Shown: one piece after another, positions 1 to 13,805 of the stretch | Numbering within the stretch: the first letter of the stretch is position 1 | Layout: every line of letters starts with the position of its first letter | Origin: Hemiscyllium ocellatum | Lineage: Eukaryota | Length of the DNA stretch: 64,000 nt | Reading direction: 5' to 3' | Assembly (NCBI RefSeq): GCF_020745735.1 | Contig: NC_083417.1 | Coordinates: forward strand, 58,466,001 to 58,530,000 | Notes under the pieces: generated by a model | Told to the model about the DNA's origin: nothing | The model's input: only the letters and a program-made list of their open reading frames with translations | The model's database searches: none | Made by a program: the position numbers and the translations under genes

Positions 1-221
1 GCTACGACAATGGATGAATGAACACCACACAACAATCACCACACAGGAGTGTTCCCTTCCAGTCAGGACATTTGGCCTTGGACCTTTGGGTGACCATCCT
101 CCAAGTTGGACTTTGGGACAGGCAACAATGCAAAGTGGGTGAGCAGAGGCTGAGAGCCAAGTTCAGTACCCATGGGGATGGCCTCAACTGGGATCTTGGG
201 TTCATGTCACACTACAGGTAA
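1..221 (+). mobile_element. Penelope-like element fragment (end of GIY-YIG domain)
   Basis: Translation EQRLRAKFSTHGDGLNWDLGFMSHY resembles the C-terminus of vertebrate Penelope-like endonucleases. Confidence 0.6.
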
Positions 222-229
222 TCTCACTA

Positions 230-401
230 GACTATACACTCTCATATACACACCCCCCTAAAACTCTCACACCCACGCAGACCCTCCCTCATACACAAGC
301 TCTCTCTCATATGAACACACATACCCCCCCCCGCATTTACACCGACACATGCACCCTCTCACACATACCCCATCATAATCACACACACACACACTCTTTC
401 C

Positions 402-436
<35 letters not shown>

Positions 437-727
437 GCATGCACCCTCTCACAGATATCCCATCACTCTCTCACACATACACACACACTCTATCATGTGC
501 ACCAGCAATCCCCCCCCCCCACACACACACACACACACACTCTTTCCCTCTCTCTCTCTCACGCACACACACACTCTCTCTCACACACACACACACCCTC
601 TCACACATACCCCATCACACTCTCACACACGCACACACTCTTTCCCTCTCTCTCTCTCTCACACACACATGCACGCACCCTCTCACAGATATCCCATCAC
701 TCTCTCACACATACACACACACTCTAT
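230..727. repeat. (CA)n/(CT)n low-complexity tract with an internal ~95-bp duplication
   Basis: Visible dinucleotide runs; ~390-493 recurs at ~635-727. Confidence 0.9.
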
Positions 728-895
728 NNNNNNNNNNNNNNNNNNNNNNNNNNNNNNNNNNNNNNNNNNNNNNNNNNNNNNNNNNNNNNNNNNNNNNNNN
801 NNNNNNNNNNNNNNNNNNNNNNNNNNNNNNNNNNNNNNNNNNNNNNNNNNNNNNNNNNNNNNNNNNNNNNNNNNNNNNNNNNNNNNNNNNNNNNN
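728..895. other. Assembly gap (168 N)
   Basis: Run of N. Confidence 1.
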
Positions 896-1777
896 TGCGC
901 GTACACATAAGCTTATGGGGTGAATTTGTTTTTGCAGAATTACATGACATTTTATTTTGCTCAAAGACTGCATGAATCCATGTAAAACTGTAAACCCATA
1001 CAGCGAGTTTGTCAGTCTGACATAGGATTGGGACACAGACAGACTTTAAACCTATTGTTTAAAAAGCTGAGCTATCCTGAGAATTTAATTTAAAAGAAGT
1101 TCTGGAATTCACCTCTCTAGCCAGTGTCTGTGTTTCCAGGTTTCACCAGATGTGGGAACGTTGCCTGCTTCCAACAAGGGAATCCTGGGTGAGGCAGGAC
1201 TGATTGGGGCACATTGGCCGGATGCCTCACCTCTGTTATCACTGAACAGCATGTGCAACCACCCCCACTCCCCCCTGTCTCCAAGCCCTTCCACCTCACA
1301 GGATGTGGGTACCCTTAGGGCCTGGGCTCCATTGAAAAGACTGTTGCTACCCCAGTGGGACTGAAGGGGTTAGGGGCCCATTGAGAGTTGTATTTATTAA
1401 AATTACACAGCTGGCTACATCTCGTTGGAACTTTGTTGACTGTAAAGTAGTTTTGGACATCCTGAGGTTGTGAAAGGTGCCACGTAAATGCAAAGAGCGA
1501 ATACTACCTTCATGTAGCAGAGCGCACCACATTTTACTGTGACCCTGCGCTGGAAGAAAGCTCATTCACGTCCCTTCTCTGAGTGGAGCCCCCCTCTCTC
1601 ACCATCTTCTGCCATGTTGACTCAGAGGCTCTGGGCTGTCTCGAACCCACTGACTGGGTGACACAGCGAGGTGCTTCCTTCAGATACACAACACAGCTTG
1701 GCACGGCTAAGTCCTGTGACCTTAGAGCAGAGAATGCTCATGAATCTCACTGCCTGCATTGTTCATTCAGCTTTGCA

Positions 1778-2000
1778 GGGGTCACTCAGTTGGCTGGACA
1801 ACTGGTTTGTGATTCAGCGTGATACCACCAGCGTGGGTTCAATTCCCTCTCCAGGACTGAGGTCGTCATGAAGGACTCTCCTTTTTAACCTCTCCCCTCT
1901 CACCTGATGCATGGTGATGCTCAGGTTAAACCACCACCCGTTGTTTCTCTCGAATGAGAGAACAGCCCCATGGTCTGGTAGGACTTTAGTGACTTTTTGC
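1778..2000 (+). mobile_element. Old tRNA-derived SINE; related copies at ~27905-28240, ~59005-59200, ~61690-61885
   Basis: A-box/B-box-like head (ctcagttgg...ggttcaattccc) and a shared body gaggt..catgaaggactctcct. Confidence 0.6.
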
Positions 2001-2604
2001 AATATCCGTGACAGCATTGAGGGCTATTACCTTGTTTTGTTTCAGGTAAATCAGTGTCATTAGCTTAGCAAAGGCCAGAGATTGGAAGATTTTGAGTAGT
2101 TTTGGAGGAGAGATGACTGTGACCAAGGATTTGAGAACAGCTAACTTTACAGGGATCAAGTTATGTTTGTAGGGAGTTACTTTGTGTAAATGATTAAGAC
2201 ATCTTAAGCTTTCAGTTTTGTGAGTATCCTTGTAAGGTGATTAAAAGAATAGCTTTGAACTTCAAAGTTCACTGGACAAAATTGGGAAGAATTAGTTGAG
2301 TTGAACAAAAAGAATAGAAATTGTCAAGTTATGGTGCTGAGGAATAGATGAGATGTCATTTCATTGTGTAATTAAGTTATTTTAAACTGTTGTATATGTT
2401 GATAGCTTTGTTTTTTTTTTCTTTCATGGAATTAAATCTGTTTACGTCTCAGTGAATGACCACCACATTAAAATACAAAAACACATGATCTCACAAACGA
2501 AATCTCAATTGCCCAGGGTTATCAATATTTAGGATCATAACAAAGTTTATTTGTTGGATTCTTTCTGTCCTGTTTTAGATATTCGTCTCTCTCCTTGCTT
2601 GCAG

Positions 2605-2894
2605 GCCCTTTCTCCATTCCTACTTCATGTGAATGTATAATGTTAGCTGCCTCGGTCAACAAAGACTGAAAAATGATTGGCAGAAAGTTGGGGTTGACCG
2701 ACAATGATACCTGTATCATTGATGCTGACTGTGATATGGAAGGCTTGAAGGAGAAAGCTTACCAGATGTTTCAGAAGTGGATACAGAAGCAGGGGAAACA
2801 TGTCACTTGACAAGTATTATTCAAGAACCTTAAGATGATGGAGAGGTCCGATGTGGCGATGCACTTGTTGGATGATACCATGACAGGGTCTTAG
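2605..2894 (+). pseudogene. Death-domain pseudo-exon (RIPK1/TRADD-type DD) with two in-frame TGA stops
   Basis: After the acceptor ctccttgcttgcag: LAASVNKD*KMIGRKLGLTDND...DMEGLKEKAYQMFQKWIQKQGKHVT*QVLFKNLKMMERSDVAMHLL; stops at 2667 and 2808. Confidence 0.8.
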
Positions 2895-3184
2895 ACTTGC
2901 TGTCTGTCCTCATTTCTGATGAGCTTGCAGAGGACATTTTTAACTCCTTTGTATTTTTGTTTCACGTCAAATGGATGTTGCGTCTTGTGTTACAACTTGT
3001 GTTACAGCCAAGAGAAGCTTGGAGGGAAACTTCCATTAAGACATGTGAATGAGGTAAGAAAAGGATGCTTGCTTGGCCTTAATGGAAGTTTTGTGGAATT
3101 TTCCTCCAAGCTTCTCTTGGCTGTAAACAGTTTCAAGGAATTGTAATGTTTCAGCTGGCAATAGTCTCTCCTCAGGGAATGTGT

Positions 3185-4222
3185 TGACCTAAGTCTTGGT
3201 ACTGCCCCCTGCAACTGGATCCTCAGCTCCTGACCCACACACAGCAATCAGTGAAGATAGGTAACTGCTCCTCCTCCACAATAACCATCAACACTGGGGC
3301 CCCCCCAAGGATGCATTCTCAACCCCCTATTGAACTCCCTGTAAACCCACGACTGTTTTGCCAAATTCCGAACGAACACCATCTGCAGGTTTGCTGATGA
3401 CATCACCATGGGCATCAAACAATAATGAGTCAGAATACCCATTGTTAGAGGCCTTGGTGATGTGGTGTAATGAGAACAACCTCTCTCCATGTCGACAAAA
3501 CTAAGGAACTGACTTCAGAAAGAACAGAGGGGAACACCGCCCCCCCCCCCAACTTTCTCAACAGAACTGAGGTTGAGAGGGTGAAGAGCATTAGGTTCCT
3601 TAGAGTAACCGACAATCTGCCCTGGACTTCCCACTTGGATGCGATGGTCAAGAAGGCACACAACACCTCTTTGTCCTCAGGTGGCTTAGGAAATTCAGCA
3701 TGTCCATAAGGATCCTCACCAGCTGTTACAGATGAACCACAGAGACCGTACTGTCTGGGTGCATAACGGCCTGGTACAGCAACTGCTCTGCACAGGACCA
3801 TAAGAAACTACAGAAGGTTCTATGCACAGTCCTGACCATCACAGAAGCCAGCCTTCCACCCATGGACTCCATTTATGTGGTTTGCTGCCATGGAAAGGCA
3901 AAGACCCCTCCCACCCCGGTAATGATCTCCAACAACTTCTTCCATCAAGCAGAAGGTACAGAAACTTGAACACCACACCAACAAGTTCAGGAACAGTTTC
4001 TTCCCTGCTGTTATTAGACTGCTGAATGGACTCTTTAACTTCAAATGATGTTGGTCTTGCTAACGGTGATCTTGCTTTGTGTACCTCCTGTGTAGTGTAA
4101 CCTGAATGCCTCACTTTATCTAATCACCCTATGATCTGTATGCCCTTGCTTGCTATGATCTGCCTGTATTGCTCGCAAACAAAGCTTTTCACTGTACTTA
4201 GGCACACGTGACAATAAATCAG
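3185..4222 (+). mobile_element. Rex1/Babar-like LINE, decayed 3' RT fragment
   Basis: Decayed NTGAPQGC.L.P.L and FADD motifs; ends in aataaa. Confidence 0.7.
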
Positions 4223-5377
4223 ACACATCAAGGCTGGGACTGCGGAGCATTGTTAGAGATGCTGTCTTTTAGGTGAGATGTCAAATTGGGGCTCTTATCA
4301 GTCCTTTCCAATAACAGAAAATATTCCATGGAGTTATTGGGAAAAGGGCAGTGTTGACCCAGTATTGTCCTCAGCATTCCTCCCTCCCTTGATTGAGAGT
4401 GGATCCTTTGTAGATCGATGGCCAGTGTCCACTAGTCCGTACTTCAGAAGGAATCAGTTGGCTGTGAAGCATTTTGGCATGTTCAGTACATAGTGAGGCT
4501 CTCGAGAAATGCAAGGCCTTCCTTTTTAGACACGTGTGCATCGTTTGCTGTATTATATTCACCTCCCCATTTTAAGATTCTGTTGAGGCACTGAAGGCAG
4601 TTGGCCAAGTTTGAGCAGATATTGGCTCCAGCAAGAAACTGAGGACTGGGCGTATTGTGAGGTGCCTTGTTACTCCCTTGTGTAGAATTATGCCTGTGGT
4701 CAGGACGCTATCCCATGACGGTGCAGGTCTCTGAGTGTTCACTGCACTGAAACTTTCCTGAGAGTTGCTGGTTGACCTGCACAGATCAGCCCTTACTCCG
4801 AGCCCTGCTGTTTTAGTTAGGGAGCAGGTTAACCTTTGCTGCCAAGCGTGGCCATACATGAGGTTGAACTTTGGCAGAAGAGATAGGGTTAACACTTCTG
4901 AGACCAAAGACCACAAGAAACAGGATGAGGAGTAGGCTATTCATTCCCTCGAGTTGAGAGTGTTGCTGGAAAAGCACAGCAGGTCAGGCAGCATCCGAGG
5001 AGCAGGAAAATTGACATTTCAGGCTGGAGTTCTTAATCAGAATTCAACCTCCGCATCCTGGTCCTCACCTTCCACCCCACCAACCTCCACATAAGATCCA
5101 CACAGCTGTTCATTCCTTCAAGCCTATTCCACAATTTTCAATAGGATTGTGGATGATCTGACATTCCTCTTTTCCGCTTTCCTGTCCTTTCCATATAACC
5201 CTTCACTGATCAAGAATCTATTAATCTCAGCCTTAAATGTACACAAGGATTCTGTCCCCCCAGCTCTCTGTGGCAAGGAGTTCCAAAGATCCTTAACCCT
5301 CTGAGAGAAGACATTTCTCCTCATCTCTGTCTTAAATTAGCTCCCCTTTATTCTGAGACTGTCTGTTGGTCCTAGAC

Positions 5378-7862
5378 ATTGGGAAGTAGTGACCATAATA
5401 CAATAAGCTTCAATCTGCAATTTGAGAGGGAGAGGGTACAATCGCAAGTGACAATATTTCTGTTGAATAAAGGGAACTATGGAGCTATGAGGGAGGAGCT
5501 GGCCAAAGTTCAATGGTGCAATACCTTAGCAGGGATGACAGTGGAGGAACAATGGCGGATATTTCTGTGTATAATGCAGAAATTGCAGGATCAGTTCATT
5601 CCAAAAAGGAAGAAAGATCCCAGAAGGAGGCATGGGTGGCCGTGGCTGATGAGGGAAGTTAAGAAACATATAAAGTTAAAAGAGAAAAAGTATAACATAG
5701 CAAGGATAAGTGGGAAAACGGAGGACTGGGAAGCTTTTAAAGAACAACAGAGGATTACTAAGAAGGAAATACGCAGAGGAAAAATGAGGCATGAAGGTAA
5801 ACTGGCCAATAATATAAAGGAGGATAGTAAAAGCTTTTTTAGGTATGTGAAAGGCAAAAAAATGGTTAAGACTAAAATTGGGCCCTTGAAGACAGAAACG
5901 GGGGAATATATTACGGGGAACAAAGAAATGGCAGAAGAATTGATTTGGTACTTCAGATCTGTGTTCTCTGGGGAAGACACAAGCAGTCTCCCTGAGGTAA
6001 CAGTGGCTGAAGGACCTGAATTTAAGGGAATCTGTATTTGCCAGGAGTTGGTGTTGGAGAGACTGTTAGGTCTGAAAGTTGATAAGTCCCCGGGGCGTGA
6101 TGGTTTACATCCCAGGGTACTGAAGAGGTGGCTCGAGAAATCGTGGATGCGTTGGTGATTATTTTCCAGAGTTCGATAGATTCGGGATCAGTTCCTGCGG
6201 ATTGGAGGGTGGCTAATTTTTTTTTAGATTAGATTAGATTACTTACAGTGTGGAAACAGGCCCTTCGGCCCAACAAGTCCACACCGACCCGCCGAAGCGC
6301 AACCCACCCATACCTCTACATTTACCCCTTACCTAACACTACGGGCAATTTAGCATGGCCAATTCACCTGACCCGCACATCTTTGGACTGTGGGAGGAAA
6401 CCGGAGCACCCGGAGGAAACCCACGCAGACACGGGGAGAACGTGCAAACTCCACACAGTCAGTCGCCTGAGTGGGGAATTGAACCCGGGTCTGTTGTACC
6501 ACTTTTTAAGAAAGGTGGGAGAGAGAAAGCAGGAAATTATAGACCAGTTACTCTGACCTCAGTGGGGGGAAAGATGCTGGAGTCTATTATAAAGAATGAA
6601 ATTAGGACACATCTGGATAGTACTAACAGGATAGGTCAGAATCAGCATGGATTTATGAAGGGGAAATCATGCTTGACTAATCATCTGGAACTCTTTGAGG
6701 ATGTAACTCAAAGGAGGTTAGTGAGCAAAATTAGGGCGCATGGTATTGGGGGCAAAGTACTAACTTGGATTGAAAGTTGGTTGGCTGATAGGAAACAAAG
6801 AGTAGTGATAAATGGCTCCATTTCGGAATGGCAGGCAGAGACCATTGGGGTACCGCAGGGATCAGCACTGGGACCACAGCTTTTTGCACTATATGTTAAT
6901 GATATAGAAGATGGTATTAGTAATAACATTAGCAAATTTGCTGATGATACTAAGCTGGGTGGCAGGGTGAAATGTGAGGAGGATGTTAGGAGATTACAGG
7001 ATGGCCTGGACAAGTTAGGTGAGTGGTCAAATGCATGATAGATGCAGTTTAATGTGGATAAATGTATGGTTATCCACTTTGGTGGCAAGAACAGGAAGGC
7101 AGATTACTACCTAAATGGAATCAATTTAGGTAAAGGGGCAGTACAGAGAGATCTGGGTGTTCTTGTACACCAGTCAATGAAGGCAAGCATACAGGTACAG
7201 CAGGTAGTGAAGAAGGCTAAGAGCATGCTGGCCTTCATAACAAGAGGGATTGAGTATAGAAGCAAAGAGGTTCTTCTGCAGCTGTACAGAGCCCTGGTGA
7301 GACCACACCTGGAGCACTGTGTGCAGTTCTGGTCTCCAAATTTGAGGAAAGACATTTTGGCTATTGAGGGAGTGCAGCGTAGGTTCATGAGGTCAATTCC
7401 TGGAATGGCGGGATTACCTTACACTGAAAGACTGGAATGACTGGGCTTGTATACCCTTGAGTTTAGAAGACTGAGAGGGGATCTGATTGAGACATATAAG
7501 ATTATTAAAGGATTGGACACTCTGGAGACAGGAAACATGTTTCTGCTGATGGGTGAGTGCCGAACAAGAGGACACAGCTTAAAATACCGGGTAGACCATT
7601 TAGGACAGTGATGAGGAGAAACTTCTTCACCCAGAGAGTGGTGGCTGTGTGGAATGCTCTGCCCCAGAGGGCAGTGGAGGCCCAGTCTCTGGATTCATTT
7701 AAGAAAGAGTTGGATCGAGCTCTCAAGTATAGTGGAATCAAGGGTTATGGAGATAAGGCAGGAACAGGATACTGATTAAGGATGATCAGCCATGATCATA
7801 TTGAATGGTGGTACAAGCTCGAAGGGCAGAATGGCCTACTCCTGCACCTATTGTCTATTGTC
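5378..7862 (+). mobile_element. CR1 LINE, 5'-truncated and young, nested in an older antisense CR1 (~4915-5377, ~7863-8445)
   Basis: RT motifs [33 protein letters not shown]; (ctattgt)n tail; frameshifts and an internal deletion near 6708. Confidence 0.93.
6218..6492 (-). mobile_element. HE1-type V-SINE, 5'-truncated, inserted in the CR1
   Basis: Near-identical to copies at 16083, 36657 and 60223; interrupts the CR1 sequence ggctaat|gttgtacc. Confidence 0.88.
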
Positions 7863-8535
7863 TTTTCCTCGAGGGGAAACACTCTCTCAGCGTTTATACT
7901 GTCAAGTAGCTTAAGAATTTGATATGATTCAATGAGATCATTCTTCTAAATTCCAATAAGTCGAGTCCTGACCTATTGAACCTTTACTCATAGGACAATC
8001 TCTCCAGACCAAGAGTCATCCGAGTGAACCTTCTCTGAACTGCCTCTCATGAAATGTAATCTTTCCTTAAATAAGGGAGTCAAAATGCTCCCCACCGATA
8101 GCTGTTAGATTAATTGGCCTATAATTACCTGCTTCTTGTTTGCCTCCTGTTTTGGATAGGAGTGTCACATTAGCAGTTGGACAATCCTCTGGTACTTTAG
8201 CAGCATCTAAGGATTTTTGGAAAATTGCAAACAGGGCCTGGAGACTTAACTGCCTTTAGTCCCATTAGTTTGACTAATACTACTTGTCTAGAGATGGTAG
8301 TTAATTCCTCCCCCATATTCTTTAGTATTAATGGGATGTTTGAAATATCTTCCAAGACTGATGCAAAATATCTATTTAGCTCTTCAGCCATCTCCTTGTT
8401 TCCCCATAACCATCCCTAGAGATTCATTTTCTAAGGGCCCACCCATTCTATTGTATTACATCCCCATCAACATTCATGAATGTTTCTGTGGAAACAGCCT
8501 TATTTTCAGTGTAGTTGGTAACCAGATACATTTTT

Positions 8536-11500
8536 TTGTGAATATTTTTATTGAGAAAAATATTCTGACACCCAGCTCATTGGATGCTCTTCTGAGCACA
8601 GAATGAAAGAATATTAAACAGTTTCTTCCCATGCGTGTCCAAAGTGGGGAGATTTGGCAAATGCAGGAGGAGGGACACCAGATCTACCTTGACCTCTGTT
8701 CCCAAGACTCCTTCCAAACACTCGCTATAGCGCCCCATTACCTACAAAGCCTGTGGCATGACCACAAACAATGAGTAAGAGTACCAACATCTATTTTATA
8801 TTTGGGGCACACTGGGGACGCTCCTGTTTTAAATTCCACAAGCCACTCCGGTGCCAAATAAACCCTGCGGAGTACCTTCAGTTGCATAGCCGGTGTCCTA
8901 TTGCAAATCAAAATCTTCCTACGTTCTCCCAAATATCCTCCCATGCCTCTGACGAGATCTTCATCCCTAATTCCTGAGTTCAGATCCCGCACAGCCGCTC
9001 AAAGTCCTTCGAGCCACTACCTCCTCATAAATGATAGAGGGTGCTGACCGAGAGAGTGCCCATGGACCGAAGCACTCTCCACTCTATATCCGACACATAG
9101 GGACTATCCATTAATGTAGTCTTTTTCTGTATAAAGTCCCTATCATGAAAATAACGAAAGAGGCCCGTCCTAGATTGCTCATATTTCTGGCTCAGCTGCT
9201 CGAAAGACATCAGGACCTCCCCCTCAAATAAATCTCCCAAACAGGAAATTCCTCTGGACTCCCAGAGCCTCAAGCTGGAATCCATTGATCCCAGCCGGAA
9301 TCCTGGCATTCCTACTATGGGAGCAAAAGGGGAAGTCTTTTGTAAATTGCCCTCGCTTTGTCACATCATTCTCTGTTCTTTAACCATGTTAAAGACAATG
9401 TGATTTCTGCAATACCCCATTACAGCCCTCACCTTGTCCATGAACAACAGATCAATGGGGGGACATTTTGACTGGGAGGCTTCGATGTCCAGCCAGATTG
9501 ACCTCTGGTCCTGGCAAGTCCAATCAGCCACATAAGATAGTAGGGAACTTAGTTGGTATTTCCTAAAGTCTGGAAAATCCACACTCCCCCATCCGCTGTG
9601 GAAGCTGCAAATTGGCGAGCTGAATAAGTGGCCGCCTGTGACACCAGATAAACGGGCTGAGACAACTGTATATCCTCTGTAGCACCTGCCTGGGCAGCAT
9701 CGGAGGGAGCAACATTGATTTTGATCAGAGCTATTCTATCCAACCAGGAGATCAGCAGATCCTCCCAGCGCCGAAGATTCTGTCTTATCTTCTCTTGCAA
9801 CTGCACAAAGTTTGCTTTGTATAATTGATCAATGGCTGGGATGATAAAAGTGCCTAAATACGAGAAACCTCCCTGCGACCATCTGAAAGGGAATCGGATT
9901 CCACCCCCAAGATTGGGTACTCTAACAAGACCCCTTACAGGTATGGCCTCTGATTTCATAAAATTGATTTTATATCCTGAGAAAGAGCCAAATAAATTAA
10001 TCACTTGTATTAAACGGGGCACAGATATCATTGGGTTAGTTAGAAAAAGAAGAACGTCTTCTGCATAAAGGAAGACCTTACACCTTCCTGGTCCTATCTC
10101 TGGGGCAGTTATATTGGAGTCCTTCCGGATAGCCTCTGCTAATGGCTCAATCCCCAATGTAAATAGCAATGGTGAGAGGGGCACCCTTGTCGGCTGCCTC
10201 TGCCAATACTAAAATTGTCAGACTTTATACTATTAGTGAGAACCGCTGCGTTAGGGTCACTATATAACTCTGCCACCAACCTGGCAAAGACCCCGCCAAT
10301 GTCAAATCGTTCCAGAACATAAAAGAGGTACGGCCACTTCACCCAGTCGAATGCTTTCTCTGCATCCAGGGAGACTACCAAACCTGAAATTGACCCTTGC
10401 TGGCACACCTGAACCATATGTAGCGCTCTCCTAATTCTATTAGAGGACCTGCGACCCCTAATAAAACCTGTCTGGTCCTCTTTTACAATGAAGGGCAAAA
10501 CCTTCTCCAGCCTCAACACGAGCATTTTTGACAAAATTTTAAAGTCCCTGTTTAATAACAATGTGGGCCAATATGAAGTGCAGTCCTCTGGGGCTTTCCC
10601 TCTTGTGAGAATAAGAGAAATATTTGCTTCTCTCAGACAGGATTGCAGGGAGTCCTGACTTTATGAATAATTGTGTATATCCAACATTGGCCTGACCATC
10701 ATGTCTATGAACTCCTTATAAAACTCACTCCAAAATCCATCTGTGCCAGGCGCTTTACCACTCTGGAGCTGCCTCATCGCCTCCTGTATCTCTTGAATTG
10801 TCAGAAGGGCATTCAAAAGAAACACCTGTTCTAAAGTTATACCTGGGAGGTTCAAGGTCTTAAAAAAGGACTCCATCTTCGCCAATCTGTCCTCACAGCC
10901 CTCTGATCATTACAACCCATAGTAGAATTTCCTGGATGCTGCGTTAATCTTTTTGGGATCACAGGTGATGGTACCAGCACCTCTCTAATGGATGTGATAG
11001 ATTGGGAATTACTCTTCTTTCTGGCCAAGTACACCAAATACCTACCCAGTTTATTACCGTAACCGAATAACCTCGGTTTCGCAAAGGAGATCTCTCTCTT
11101 TGCTGTCTGGGTCAGCGTAGCATTCAGAGCAACCCGGAGGGCTGTAATCCACTGCAACTTCATTAGAGACTGTCTGTCAAAGTATACTGTCTCAGCTGCC
11201 TTCAGCCGGGCCTCGAGCATACGCTGCTGCTCTCCCTTCTGCTGCTTCCGAGTCGCCGAGTGAGAAATAATCAAACCCCTTGCATAGGCCTTGGCAGTCT
11301 CCAAGATCACCGATAGATTACTGGCCAAACCTGAATTAATGCCTCAAATAATTTTAAATTCCCGCAAAAATTACTCAATAAACTTGCTATCCTTCAGAAG
11401 GACAGGGTCCACGCTCCACTGCCACAAGCCTATCCTATCACCACCGACTTTAACCTCCACGTACACTGCTGCATGATCAAAAATGGCTATGTTCCAATTC

Positions 11501-13803
11501 CACAGGACAGCATCGAACTCAAAAAGGCCAATGGAGCAAAAAACAAATCAATCCTAGTGTAGCACATGTGTGAGTTAGCCTCAGGGTGTTGTCACATCAG
11601 GGTGAAGACCTCTTCACACATCCACCAACCCCAACTCCCTGTTCAGGTCCGCCAGCTGCCTAGATTGTGGGGATATGCCCGCGAGATCCTGAGGCATCCA
11701 ATCCACCTCAGGGTCCATCAATCAGTTAAAGTCTCCCCCTATAATTGTATGATATGCCCCAAGGGCCATCAACCTGGAGAGTTCATCCATTAAAGATTTG
11801 AGGGGATGTGCTGGGCAACAATATACATTCAAAATCCCGTACTCCTCTCCATGTATTAAAGCTTTAAGGATCAGAAACCACCCACATTCATCCTTAATTT
11901 GGTCTAACAACTGAAATGGGAGATTCTTCTGGATGTGTATTATGACTCCTATGTTTTTCAAATTAAAGGATGAGAAAAACATCAGCCCAAACCCTCCCTG
12001 CTATAACTTTAAGTGCTCCTTATCGTTTAAATGTGTTTCTTGCAGCAAAGCTATATCGACCCTTACTTTTCTAAGACTTGGAAATGTCTTCTTCCTTTTA
12101 ATCAGTGAATGACTCCCGTTAATGTTCCAGGTGCACCATTTAAATGAGCAGTTATTCATAGCCATCTGAAGCAGCTCATGACACCCCCCCACCCCTCGGA
12201 GAAAGAGCCCCATTTATAGCCCGCCGAGTGAAAGCAGTAAACAGTTCATATAAACTTGAAAATACAACTACAAAAACTGCTGAATCAAAACTTTTAACAA
12301 CTACTTCTACAATGAACTAACATATAACACAAATAAGAGGAGACCTCCCCTTTGCCCATAGGGGGCGCCCATTGGGGGCGCTCATAGGGGGCTATCCACT
12401 AACCACTCCATAGCTTCTTCTAGCTAAAGCCACACCCCAAACCCAGGCAAAACAAAATTAAAAAAATTACATGTTTGTTACATCAAGAAAATTAAAAGTG
12501 GACATTCAGTCCGTCCCATCCATATTTTGATCCTTGACAATCCTGATAGATTAAAAAAAACATAGCCCCAAACCGCCCCACCCCACCCCCCATCCTATAC
12601 CAAGAGAGAGAAAAGAAAAGGGAATGATAGAAAAACAATGGATAATGAGAGGGGAGAAAGAAAGGAGAGGAGAGAGAAAGAAAAAAAGAAAGGAAGACCC
12701 CGGCATATTAAAAAAAACAGGTAAACCAGGAAAACTACAGAAAAAAACAAAGCGAACACAATTGTCCATATTATTTGAACCAGCCAGTCTATTTTAAGGT
12801 GTCCAGGAATTCCTTTGCCTTTTCCAATGAGTCAAAATTAAACATGGACCCTCCTTGGCTGAAACATAATATTACCAGATATATTACAGAGTACTGAATA
12901 TTCAAGTCCCTCAGCCTCCTTTTTACTTCAAAGGCCTCCCTCTTACGGATCACGGCCACAGAAAAGTCTTGGAAGAACATATTTCTTGATCCCTTGTATA
13001 TGAGAGCCTCTGGATCCTTCCCCAGTGCTCTAGAAGCTTCCTGCACCATTTGCTTGTCTCCATAGTGCTGGAGTCTCACTAGGACCAGGCGGGGGCGTTG
13101 GTCTGACCCAGGCCTGTGCACTGTGACCTGGTAGGCCCGCTCGACCTGTCCCCAGCCCGCCCCGACTTACAGCTTCAAAATCTCCAAGAAGCTGATTAAC
13201 TGGCCTTCCTCTTCCTGCTCCGGCAGCCCGATCAGATGGATATTCTTCCAAAGACCTTGATTTTCAAGGTCGTTAAACTGCTTGACTAAGGCCCATAACC
13301 TGCATTTCCAGGGCCCGGTCCCAGCCCTCCGAAGATTCCACCATGGTTTTGGAAGCCGCAGCCCCACTGTTCCATCTCCACGAAGTGCCACTCGAGACGC
13401 TGGATCTCCTGGTCATACTTCTGCAGCATGGTCAAGATTAGTTCCAGCCTGGTCCAGGTCTCCTCCTTTGCTGGATCAATCTTTTCTTAGAGTTTCACGG
13501 CCTCAGAGACCAGGCTCTGCTCCACAGGCAAGTCCTCCGGGATGTTCATGGAGACCAATGCCATGGCCGTGGGCATGAACGGTACTGCAGGGGAGTGCCC
13601 TACTTGTTGCAATCCTCGCAGTCCTTTTCCCTTTGTCATCTTCCTTAATCAACAAAACTGACACACAGCAATTCTGGGGATCTAAAACTGCCAATTTTTG
13701 CCACAATAGCTAAGAAAGGGAGGGTAAATACACCACTTGGCCTGGGTTATAGTGCAGAGCTCAGCAAGGCAGACCTACTGGATCGCTGCCATCTTGGATC
13801 TCC
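8536..13803 (-). mobile_element. Full-length decayed L1 (ORF1 ~13639-12789; ORF2 ~12165-8700, EN-RT-Cys)
   Basis: EN motifs TWNING, LLQETHL, GGDFN; RT motifs SLDAEKAFD, RQGCPLSPLLF, YAED; 14-bp TSD ccagatacattttt at 8522-8535 and 13804-13817; AATAAA plus short A-tail; TT/AAAA target. Confidence 0.93.
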
Positions 13804-13805
13804 CC
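13785..13805 (-). promoter_or_regulatory. YY1-type motif at the L1 5' end (GGGGAGATCCAAGATGGCAGC)
   Basis: CAAGATGGC core within the first ~20 nt of the element. Confidence 0.6.

Noticed and set aside
311-1036. Long His/Thr/Ser-rich ORFs
   Set aside because: Artefacts of dinucleotide repeats and the N gap
2667-2810. In-frame TGAs as selenocysteine codons
   Set aside because: One replaces the conserved DD Trp, and no SECIS was recognised; nonsense mutation is simpler
5379-7440. Long RT ORFs as an active retrotransposon
   Set aside because: 5'-truncated, SINE-interrupted, with stops and a deletion in the RT core
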